This document shows positions 1-7,018 of a stretch of 25,220 nt of DNA, in pieces; the stretch's first letter is position 1; each line of letters begins with the position of its first letter. Under the pieces are notes generated by a model. It made no database searches. It was not told where the DNA came from and saw nothing but the letters and a program-made list of their open reading frames with translations. Location of the stretch: the IMG/VR virus record IMGVR_UViG_3300020362_000305, positions 1-25,220 of that record. One strand, written 5' to 3'. The DNA comes from a virus (Duplodnaviria; Caudoviricetes). A program made the position numbers and the translations under genes.

Positions 1-418
1 TTACTGCTGTTGTTGCTGCAACCATTTTTGCGTAGTTTGCAACATCAGATCCACCGCCACTACTCTGCAGTTCGTTCATTTTTTCAGTTACATTGCCAGG
101 TATATCTTCAAGTTTATTTGTCTCAACTACTGAACCTACTATCCCTAATGCTGCTGCAGCAAAATCATTTAATTTATTCTCTCCCCACTGAGCACCATTG
201 TTATCTTGAATATTGCCTGGTATTGGTAATATAATAGTCTTTTGTGCACCTTCACTTGCATATTGATCGCTTATTTGTGCTGCCCTAGAACCACTAGATA
301 AATCTGAGATACTTCCAAAACCACCACCCTGTTTTATATTCTTTAAAATTTCTATTTTGAAATAATCCATACTGGAATCTATCATATCAGTAGGATATCT
401 CATTAATTTTCCTGCCAT
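1..418 (-). CDS. gp48: Baseplate tail-tube cap protein (T4 gp48-like), 5' part; runs off the window edge
   Basis: Not in the ORF track. Hand translation from ATG at 418 gives MAGKLMRYPTDMIDSSMDYFKIEI...KTIILPIPGNIQDNNGAQWGENKLN. The RYP and I.LPIP..IQD.N...WG motifs are typical of cyanophage gp48, and synteny with gp2/gp4/gp54 fits. Confidence 0.8.
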   Translation of the reverse strand, partial: MAGKLMRYPTDMIDSSMDYFKIEILKNIKQGGGFGSISDLSSGSRAAQISDQYASEGAQKTIILPIPGNIQDNNGAQWGENKLNDFAAAALGIVGSVVETNKLEDIPGNVTEKMNELQSSGGGSDVANYAKMVAATTAV

Positions 419-430
419 ATCGACCCTTTT

Positions 431-781
431 TTAACTATTTAGCAGGAATTTTGCATATTTTAATTGTCTCGCATCTTCCAACTCATTTGATTGCACTTCA
501 TATAATTGACCTGCTACTTCATTCCATGTATATTTTCTCATCAAACCCCAATGATAATTGAATCCTCTGAATCCCCATTGCTGTATATCTGTACATGCAA
601 TCAAAGGATGTTGATCATATCTTATCTTAGGTGTTTTTGCATTGTATACGAATGTGTAATAGTTGCCAGGATCAGGAATAGGAGTCACAGTATCATTAAG
701 TGCCTCCATAATTTGCTCCATAATATCCTCTGGATCTCTTAATCCAGTTGCTCCATCTACTACTTCTTGTAATCTACTCAT
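431..781 (-). CDS. gp2: DNA end-protector-like protein (short T4 gp2-like)
   Basis: PGNYYTFVYNAKT...YDQHPLI...GFRGFNYHW matches the gp2-type core (G..Y.F.Y.AK, YD..PL, F.G.N.H). It is coupled to the gp4 stop. Confidence 0.6.
   Translation of the reverse strand: MSRLQEVVDGATGLRDPEDIMEQIMEALNDTVTPIPDPGNYYTFVYNAKTPKIRYDQHPLIACTDIQQWGFRGFNYHWGLMRKYTWNEVAGQLYEVQSNELEDARQLKYAKFLLNS
436..442 (-). promoter_or_regulatory. Putative T4-type (gp55) late promoter CTAAATA for gp48
   Basis: TATTTAG on the + strand equals CTAAATA on the - strand, 17 nt upstream of the gp48 ATG; resembles the T4 late consensus TATAAATA. Confidence 0.55.
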
Positions 782-1212
782 ACTGGTAAGTTATCCTCTG
801 TGAGAATTTTGAATTCCAAGTGTCTATCAGCACAGTATTCCCTTGCTGCTTTCCACTTTGCTTGATTCTTGGCATACTCCATGACTTCTCTGATATACTT
901 CTTAGTTTTTCTTTTTTGTACTTTTGGTTCAATACATTGCTTCTTGGGTTTTATTTCTATGATATACTTCTTTGCCTTACCATCATTGTCTCTAACTTTT
1001 ATATAAAAATCAGGAAAATATCTATGTATTCTTTGGTCTAGTGGTGAACGATATGGTATGATTGTTTCCTCAGATCCCCACTCTAATATATTACTGTTCT
1101 TATCACAATACCTCATAAACACTTTCTCCCAAGAACTACGATAAATAATATTACGGTAGTCCCCTCTATACTTTTTTATGTTACGAGGTCTAAATATGCC
1201 AGAGTGTGCCAT
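778..1212 (-). CDS. gp4: Head completion nuclease (T4 gp4, TnsA-like PD-(D/E)xK fold)
   Basis: KYRGD...IIYRSSWE...WGSEE..IPY.SP...HRYFPDF...EIKP...NQAKW.AA motifs. The likely start is MAHSG at 1212; the track starts at 1230. Confidence 0.92.
   Translation of the reverse strand: MAHSGIFRPRNIKKYRGDYRNIIYRSSWEKVFMRYCDKNSNILEWGSEETIIPYRSPLDQRIHRYFPDFYIKVRDNDGKAKKYIIEIKPKKQCIEPKVQKRKTKKYIREVMEYAKNQAKWKAAREYCADRHLEFKILTEDNLPV
1190..1196 (+). promoter_or_regulatory. Putative late promoter CTAAATA for the gp54-like gene
   Basis: CTAAATA lies 45 nt upstream of the GTG at 1242, inside the antisense gp4 5' end. A second candidate, ATAAATA, is at 1141-1147. Confidence 0.5.
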
Positions 1213-1233
1213 AATCTCATAAGTTCCCATAGG

Positions 1234-1240
1234 TATTTAT
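1234..1240 (-). promoter_or_regulatory. Putative late promoter ATAAATA for gp4-gp2-gp48
   Basis: TATTTAT on the + strand equals ATAAATA on the - strand, about 21 nt upstream of the gp4 ATG at 1212. Confidence 0.6.
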
Positions 1241-1241
1241 T

Positions 1242-2117
1242 GTGCCCAAGTACCCAAGAGTCAAAAAAACAGAACAAATTCGTGGTTTATTCCAAAGAGT
1301 TGCTACGACAAACCATTACGAGGTATTCTTCTCAGGTTTTGGTGCTCTGCAACAATTAAGAGGATATATTAGTTCAAGATCTCCTAGAGTCACTAACTTC
1401 TTTATTAGTAGAGATCTAGGATTACTATGTAATAGTGCTGAATTACCTGCAACTACTATGGCAACAGCACAGGTAGAGGGTCAGAGAATGGGTATTGTTG
1501 AAAAAATGGCACATTCAAGAGTATTTACTGATGTGTCTTTTACTTTTTATGTTGATAATCAATACAGAACACTAGAATTTTTTGAGTTATGGCATGAGTT
1601 CATAGCATCTGGATCTAATAATGAGGTAGATAGGTCAAATATTGCATACTATCATAGAATGCAGTATCCAGACGAGTATAAAGTTGATACTATAAAGATT
1701 CAAAAGTTTGACAAAGATCACTTTAGAAGTGTAGAATATAATTTTTTAAATTGTTTTCCAGTTTCTATATCTTCTATGCCTGTTGCATATGATGGCAACC
1801 AAGTGCTTGAATGTCAGGTCACATTTGCATATGATAGATATTATTTTGGTAAGATAAGTTCATTGGATCGTAGAAATTACAATAAAAACTATGCAAATGT
1901 ATCAACTGGAGATGCAGTTGGTAACACTAATAAAGTGGAGAAGAAAGAAGTAATATACAAAGAAGATGGTCTTGAGAGTACTGGTTTTACTCTGACAGAA
2001 AAAGAATTAAACGATATAAAGCAATTCAATGAAGATATGCCATATCTTGACCTTGACCCCAATAAATACAAAATAATTCCTCTTCCTAATGGTGATTACA
2101 AAGTAGAAGGACGGTAG
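1242..2117 (+). CDS. gp54: Baseplate tail-tube initiator / tail-tube-fold protein (gp54/gp19-like)
   Basis: LLCNSAELP, DVSFTFYVD, FFELWHEFI, YPDEYK and CFPVSISSMPV.Y...VTFAY are tail-tube-fold motifs. GTG start, divergent from gp4, with a variable C-terminal tail. Confidence 0.7.
   Translation: MPKYPRVKKTEQIRGLFQRVATTNHYEVFFSGFGALQQLRGYISSRSPRVTNFFISRDLGLLCNSAELPATTMATAQVEGQRMGIVEKMAHSRVFTDVSFTFYVDNQYRTLEFFELWHEFIASGSNNEVDRSNIAYYHRMQYPDEYKVDTIKIQKFDKDHFRSVEYNFLNCFPVSISSMPVAYDGNQVLECQVTFAYDRYYFGKISSLDRRNYNKNYANVSTGDAVGNTNKVEKKEVIYKEDGLESTGFTLTEKELNDIKQFNEDMPYLDLDPNKYKIIPLPNGDYKVEGR
1944..1997 (+). repeat. 54-bp direct repeat, copy 1 (KEVIYKEDGLESTGFTLT)
   Basis: 50/54 nt identical to 4961-5014 by manual alignment. 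Confidence 0.95.
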
Positions 2118-2146
2118 TTCCCAGAGAAGAATAATTGTGCTATAAT
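2118..2146 (+). promoter_or_regulatory. Sigma70-type (early) promoter for ho1
   Basis: Extended -10 TGcTATAAT (2138-2146) with a weak -35 TTCCCA 17 nt upstream; lies 19 nt before the ho1 ATG. Confidence 0.65.
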
Positions 2147-2165
2147 ATATACATTAAAAATTGAT

Positions 2166-2840
2166 ATGGGACTTGCACAGGAACTGAAATCGGGAACTAA
2201 AAAATCTCATTCAGCAGCAGAGAACACTAAATTTGTTTCATCATTCCTCAAGGGTGTTGTAGACAAAGAGAATTATCGAGAGTTGATCTCTAACTTTTAC
2301 TTCATATATCATACTATAGAGGCAGAAGTCAGAAGATTAAAAGATGATCCTATTGTAGGACCTCTAGACATACCAGAACTGTATAGGCATGATGCTTTAG
2401 CAGAGGATTGTGATTATTTCTTCGGCATAGATTGGCGAGAGAAAATATATCCTTCACAGGCATGTAAGCAATACATGGAGCGTATTCAAGAGGTTGCTCA
2501 TGAAGAACCAGAACTTCTGGTAGGACATCACTATACTAGGTATCTTGGTGATCTCTCTGGTGGTCAAATTCTTAAAAATATAGCAGAGAAAGCACTTAAA
2601 CTTGAAGATGAAGGTCTTGCGTTTTATAAATTTCCTGATATTGACAATAAAAAAGAGTTTAAAAATAATTATCGTGCTATCCTAAATAAACTGCCTGTAA
2701 CAGAATCACAGGTAAATGCTATCGTTACTGAAGCAAACTATGCATTTCGTTTGAACATGTATATGTTTGATGAATTAGATGGTAACCTATTCAAATCCAC
2801 AATGTCATATCTTTGTGGTGTAGTTAAAGGAAAAAACTGA
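2166..2840 (+). CDS. ho1: Heme oxygenase (cyanobacterial Ho1-type), phage auxiliary metabolic gene
   Basis: GTKKSHSAAEN (proximal His), HHYTRYLGDLSGGQIL signature and EANYAFRLNM. Confidence 0.96.
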   Translation: MGLAQELKSGTKKSHSAAENTKFVSSFLKGVVDKENYRELISNFYFIYHTIEAEVRRLKDDPIVGPLDIPELYRHDALAEDCDYFFGIDWREKIYPSQACKQYMERIQEVAHEEPELLVGHHYTRYLGDLSGGQILKNIAEKALKLEDEGLAFYKFPDIDNKKEFKNNYRAILNKLPVTESQVNAIVTEANYAFRLNMYMFDELDGNLFKSTMSYLCGVVKGKN

Positions 2841-3556
2841 TGCCATTACCCCAGATTAATGCACCAACCTATGAGTTGACTATTCCTTCATCAAAAAGGA
2901 AAATTAGATACAGACCATTCTTAGTTAAAGAAGAAAAAATTCTGGTCATTGCTATGGAAAGTAATGACATTGGAGACATTGCTAGAGCAGTTAAACAAGT
3001 TCTAGGACAGTGTATCCTTACAAAAGGAATTAAGATTGATAAACTATCAACATTTGATATTGAATACTTATTCTTAAATGTAAGAGGTAAGTCTGTTGGT
3101 GAGACAGTAGATATAAAAGTCACCTGTCCTGATGATGGAGTAACACAAGTTGAAGTAACCGTAGATTTAGATGCTATTCAAGTTACATTTGATCCAGATC
3201 ATGACAAAGATATTATCTTAGATGATAAACTTAAGATGAGAATGAAGTATCCTTCATTAGATGAGTTTATCAAAGAAAACTTCCAAGTTGATAATGTTGG
3301 ATTTGAGCAATCTATTGAAATGATTGCTACCTGTGTAGATATGATTTATAGTGAGGAGGAGACTTGGACTAGTGCAGATTTTACACAGAAAGAGATGATA
3401 GACTTTCTTGAGGGATTAGGTTCTAAACAGTTTAAAGAGTTGGAGAAGTTCTTTACTACTATGCCTAAACTTACTCATGAAATAAAAGTAACAAACCCTA
3501 AGACTAAGAAAGAGAATACTATTAAACTGGAAGGACTAGCAGCTTTTTTCAACTAG
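2840..3556 (+). CDS. gp26: Baseplate hub subunit / assembly chaperone (T4 gp26)
   Basis: MPLP...PTYEL.IPS...YRPFLVKEEKIL, FDIEYLFLNVRGKSVGE and C-terminal LEGL..FF. Confidence 0.93.
   Translation: MPLPQINAPTYELTIPSSKRKIRYRPFLVKEEKILVIAMESNDIGDIARAVKQVLGQCILTKGIKIDKLSTFDIEYLFLNVRGKSVGETVDIKVTCPDDGVTQVEVTVDLDAIQVTFDPDHDKDIILDDKLKMRMKYPSLDEFIKENFQVDNVGFEQSIEMIATCVDMIYSEEETWTSADFTQKEMIDFLEGLGSKQFKELEKFFTTMPKLTHEIKVTNPKTKKENTIKLEGLAAFFN
3544..3550 (+). promoter_or_regulatory. Candidate -1 ribosomal frameshift heptamer T TTT TTC
   Basis: X XXY YYZ in the gp26 frame, one codon before the stop. The -1 frame is open (TTT TTT CAA CTA GCG ATG) into gp51. Confidence 0.55.
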
Positions 3557-3558
3557 CG

Positions 3559-3735
3559 ATGCTCCATGAGGATCTTGTCTCATATTACAAGATCAACTTC
3601 GCCCTCATGCAGCATCATAAATATAGTTTGAGTGATATTGAAAACATGATCCCGTGGGAACGGGAGATATACATTAGTTTATTAAAAAATTATATCGAAG
3701 AGGAAAATTTAAAACAGCAGCAGCGAAATGGCTGA
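3559..3735 (+). CDS. gp51: Baseplate hub assembly protein (T4 gp51), 58 aa
   Basis: Not in the ORF track. Hand translation: MLHEDLVSYYKINFALMQHHKYSLSDIENMIPWEREIYISLLKNYIEEENLKQQQRNG, with the typical NF.LMQHH.YSL..IENM.PWER.IY motif. Confidence 0.9.
   Translation: MLHEDLVSYYKINFALMQHHKYSLSDIENMIPWEREIYISLLKNYIEEENLKQQQRNG
3617..3623 (+). promoter_or_regulatory. Putative late promoter ATAAATA inside gp51
   Basis: ATAAATA about 105 nt upstream of the ATG at 3728. Confidence 0.4.
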
Positions 3736-5260
3736 GACTAAGGCAAAACCAAAGGTAGATCCGCAGAAGTTCATGGGTTCCAAGAGTACGAAGGGATCTG
3801 GTGCTTCGATGGAGGGTGTTGACCCAAAAAATATTAATGAGGTTAGTAGAACATTATTCAATATCAATAATACATTAAAAGGAATAGTAGAAATCCTTGA
3901 TTCTCAATTAAAATTAGATAAAAAAGAAAAGAAAGAAGATGATACAGATGCAGCAAGAGCATTAGATGCTAAAAAGAAAAAAGGTGCAGAGAACTTTTTA
4001 GAGTTAGATACTAAAGAATCAAAAGAAAAAACAAAGAAGACATCTAAATTAGCAGAAGGTGCTAAAGGTATTTTAAATAGATTGTTTACAGCATTGACTG
4101 CTATATTTGCAGGGTGGTTGATTGATAAGGGTATGAAGATGATGAAGTTTCTTCAAGAGGGAGATACGGAATCATTTAAAAAAATGGGTATGGAGGTTGT
4201 GAAAGCATTGGGAGTAGTAGCAGGAATATTTGCTTTACTTAATATAGGACCTATTATTAGTGCAATAACTGGTATTACTGGAGCCTTAGCTGCAGGGATG
4301 CCAGCTATCATGGCACTACTTGCAAATCCTTGGACTTGGGCAGCATTAGGTTTGATTGCGGGTATTGCAGGAACTGTCGTAGTCATGAAGACAATAGTAG
4401 AAGCAATACAGACCAGAGCAGCAGGTGGTGAAGAATTTCTGCAGGGATTCAATAGATTAAAGGCAGGTTTAGAGGAAGATGGTATTGTAGTACAAGGTAG
4501 TGGTAAGAAAGAGAAGTTTTATGTCGCACCTATAAAAAATCAAGGTGGAAGTAAAAATAAAAGAACTGTAGATAAGATAGGAACACCAAAACAAAAGAAA
4601 GCAGTAGCAAAATATATTGAGAAGAGAGATGCACTCATACAAATTAGAGATAATATGAGAGCAGAGATGAAAGAGAAAGAGATGGAAATAAGAAAGGCAC
4701 ACAGAAACTCAGGCAAAAGAAAGGAAAGAAATAAACAAATTAAAGAATCAAAGAGTGAAATTAGGGAAAAATATACAAAAAAAATTGATGCATTGTTCTC
4801 AGGAGAATTAGATATATCAACAATTGAGGGTGTCTCAGATGAGACTAAGGAAGATCTTAAGGGTGATGATGTAGATAAAGCAGAAAAAGATTTAGAAGTT
4901 ATGGATAAAGCAACTAATGGTGACACAGGAGAGAAAGTTGATACAAGTAAATTACTTAATAAAGGAGTAACATACAAAGAAGATGGTCTTGAGAGCACTG
5001 GTTTTACTATGACACAAGCAGACTTAGACGCAAGTAAACAAAAGCAATCCAATGCTGAGAAGGTTAAAGAAATATCTAACAATCCTGCTAATGAAATTGA
5101 AGTAATACCTACATCTACATCATCAGGGAATACTAAAGAATCAGCAGTTGGTCAAAAATCTATGGATAGTGGTGAAGCATCAAGCATTCCTGCACTAAAA
5201 ACCTCTAACGATGGTAACGAATATAGAATGTTATTCTCCCACACATATCAGCAGGGGTAG
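3728..5260 (+). CDS. Tape-measure / baseplate hub (gp29-like) protein A
   Basis: Charged coiled-coil N-terminus, then a long Ala/Gly/Ile hydrophobic stretch with the LLANPW motif typical of tape measures. It lies between gp51 and the gp27-like hub. Confidence 0.6.
   Translation: MAETKAKPKVDPQKFMGSKSTKGSGASMEGVDPKNINEVSRTLFNINNTLKGIVEILDSQLKLDKKEKKEDDTDAARALDAKKKKGAENFLELDTKESKEKTKKTSKLAEGAKGILNRLFTALTAIFAGWLIDKGMKMMKFLQEGDTESFKKMGMEVVKALGVVAGIFALLNIGPIISAITGITGALAAGMPAIMALLANPWTWAALGLIAGIAGTVVVMKTIVEAIQTRAAGGEEFLQGFNRLKAGLEEDGIVVQGSGKKEKFYVAPIKNQGGSKNKRTVDKIGTPKQKKAVAKYIEKRDALIQIRDNMRAEMKEKEMEIRKAHRNSGKRKERNKQIKESKSEIREKYTKKIDALFSGELDISTIEGVSDETKEDLKGDDVDKAEKDLEVMDKATNGDTGEKVDTSKLLNKGVTYKEDGLESTGFTMTQADLDASKQKQSNAEKVKEISNNPANEIEVIPTSTSSGNTKESAVGQKSMDSGEASSIPALKTSNDGNEYRMLFSHTYQQG
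4961..5014 (+). repeat. 54-bp direct repeat, copy 2 (KGVTYKEDGLESTGFTMT)
   Basis: 50/54 nt identical to 1944-1997. Confidence 0.95.
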
Positions 5261-5266
5261 TAACTG

Positions 5267-7018
5267 ATGCCTAAGATTACTGAGAAGAAAGCATGGTATC
5301 AGATGTCTGATGAGGAGAAGGCAGAATATGATGCTAAAGTACAGGCAGAGGTAGATGCGAGTGGTGGTAAATTAAAAAAGAGAAGAAAGAGAAGAAAGGA
5401 TGCTAAGACTTATGAACAGGTTAAGGCAGAGATAGACGCTAAAGAAGCAGCTAAAGAAGCAAGGAAGGCAGCAAAGAGAAAACCAAAGTTTATGCCAACT
5501 TCTGAGGCATTTAATATAATGAACTATGGTTTGTCAGCAATACTAGAGACAACTAGAGGATTACAAAAAGCATTTGAAAAGAGGGCAGAGAGAGAACAAA
5601 AACTTGAGGACGAGAAGAAGATTGATGCTGCTAGATTACTTTCAAAACAGAAAGCAGAAAATAAAGAGAAAGCACTTGAGCAAAGAAGAAAACCAGGTGG
5701 AAAGACAGGTGGTAAAATTAAAGCAGCAGCAAAGAAAGGTGGTTTGAGAATAATGACCGCTATCGTTGCTATCATAGCTGGATTTCTTATCAACAACTTA
5801 CCTAAGATAATGAAATTCATGGAGAAAGTAATGAAGGTATTGAAGGGATTCTGGAAGTTAGCATCACCTATATTAGAGGTAGTGTTTAATATTATGCATC
5901 CCATAATGTCGGGATTAGCAAAACTTCTACCAGAGGTAACTTCTGTCGCTGTTGACAAACAACTTGAGAAAACTAAATCTGAGATGGAACAGGCAGAAGA
6001 TAGTTTAAAGAAAACTAAAGAAGGATTGGATGAAAATATTGAAAATACTAAGAAAGAAATTGATAAAACTAAGGAAGATTTACAGAAAAGAGCAAATGAA
6101 GGACAGACTCCAGAGGAGATTGTAAAAGAAAAGGCGGGTAAAGAAGTTAAAATGAAAGGGGAGACTGAAAAAAAACAAAATGAGGTAAAACAAAAAAACG
6201 ATACTACAGATAAGGCAGAGACTCTTAAGAAAGAGACTAAGGAAACACAAGTGGTGATGACAGAAAAGATCGAACCACAAGAGGAAAAACCAAGAGTAAT
6301 TATTGAAAAACCACCAGAAAGTATAGAGGGAACTGGAACTCTTACTGTCAAGATGGACGAGAAGGCAGGTGTTGGAGATGGTAAGAGTGCTAAGAAAGTT
6401 GTAACTCCTCAAGGTTTGGGTATGGATATGTACAGCAAACCTATTGTTCTTGGTGACGAAGCTGCTGAAGGTTGGAAGAAGGTTCTTAAGGCAGCAGCAG
6501 AAGATGGTATTGATTTGACTAAGGCAGTTACATCTTCTAGGAGATCACCAGAACAGCAAGAAGCATTAATGGAGAGTGAAGATGGTAGCACTGTTATAGA
6601 TCCTGCTACACCAGGCACATCAGAACATGTAAAAGGAAGAGCACTTGATATTGCAGTCAATACTCCAGAACATGACTGGATGATTAACAATGCATCAAAA
6701 TATGGTTGGAAGTGGCAAGGTGTTTCAGATCCATTCCATTTTAATTTCATAGGTGCTGATAGTGCAGAAACAAAAATAGCAAATAGACAAGGTTTAAGAA
6801 ATAAAATGATACAAAAAAAGATTGATAGAGATAAAGATTTTACGATGTTGGGCAGTAGGTCAGGAAAAACTGTTGTACCAGTGCCAATAAATAAAATACA
6901 ACCAATAGTTCCCTCAGTTGTACCTGGTGGGTCTGAGGAAAAAACCATGAGTGGATCCTCAGAATCTGGTAGTAATATTATGGATACAATGAAAACACTT
7001 AACACATCATTAACATAG
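5267..7018 (+). CDS. Tape-measure-like protein B with M15 zinc peptidase (peptidoglycan hydrolase) domain
   Basis: N-terminal region is paralogous to protein A. SSRRSPEQQ...PGTSEHVKGRALDI...NASKYGW...DPFHFNF gives the M15 SxHxxGxAxD and (D/E)xxH motifs at about 6440-6752. Confidence 0.75.
   Translation: MPKITEKKAWYQMSDEEKAEYDAKVQAEVDASGGKLKKRRKRRKDAKTYEQVKAEIDAKEAAKEARKAAKRKPKFMPTSEAFNIMNYGLSAILETTRGLQKAFEKRAEREQKLEDEKKIDAARLLSKQKAENKEKALEQRRKPGGKTGGKIKAAAKKGGLRIMTAIVAIIAGFLINNLPKIMKFMEKVMKVLKGFWKLASPILEVVFNIMHPIMSGLAKLLPEVTSVAVDKQLEKTKSEMEQAEDSLKKTKEGLDENIENTKKEIDKTKEDLQKRANEGQTPEEIVKEKAGKEVKMKGETEKKQNEVKQKNDTTDKAETLKKETKETQVVMTEKIEPQEEKPRVIIEKPPESIEGTGTLTVKMDEKAGVGDGKSAKKVVTPQGLGMDMYSKPIVLGDEAAEGWKKVLKAAAEDGIDLTKAVTSSRRSPEQQEALMESEDGSTVIDPATPGTSEHVKGRALDIAVNTPEHDWMINNASKYGWKWQGVSDPFHFNFIGADSAETKIANRQGLRNKMIQKKIDRDKDFTMLGSRSGKTVVPVPINKIQPIVPSVVPGGSEEKTMSGSSESGSNIMDTMKTLNTSLT

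Noticed and set aside
10-1041. + strand ORFs 10-234, 506-742 and 820-1041
   Set aside because: They are antisense shadows of gp48, gp2-like and gp4, with no motifs.
778-1212. TnsA-like nuclease as a transposon or homing element
   Set aside because: Motifs and synteny identify it as the core head-completion gene gp4; no element ends were seen.
1944-5014. The 54-bp repeat pair as a diversity-generating retroelement TR/VR
   Set aside because: The mismatches (A/G, T/C, T/C, C/A) are not confined to adenines of one copy on one strand, both copies are coding, and no reverse transcriptase is in the window.
4153-7005. Long minus-strand ORFs (4153-4452, 4540-5082, 5524-6351, 6409-7005 and others)
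   Set aside because: Their Ser/Leu/Phe-rich composition is what the reverse complement of Lys/Glu-rich sense genes produces.
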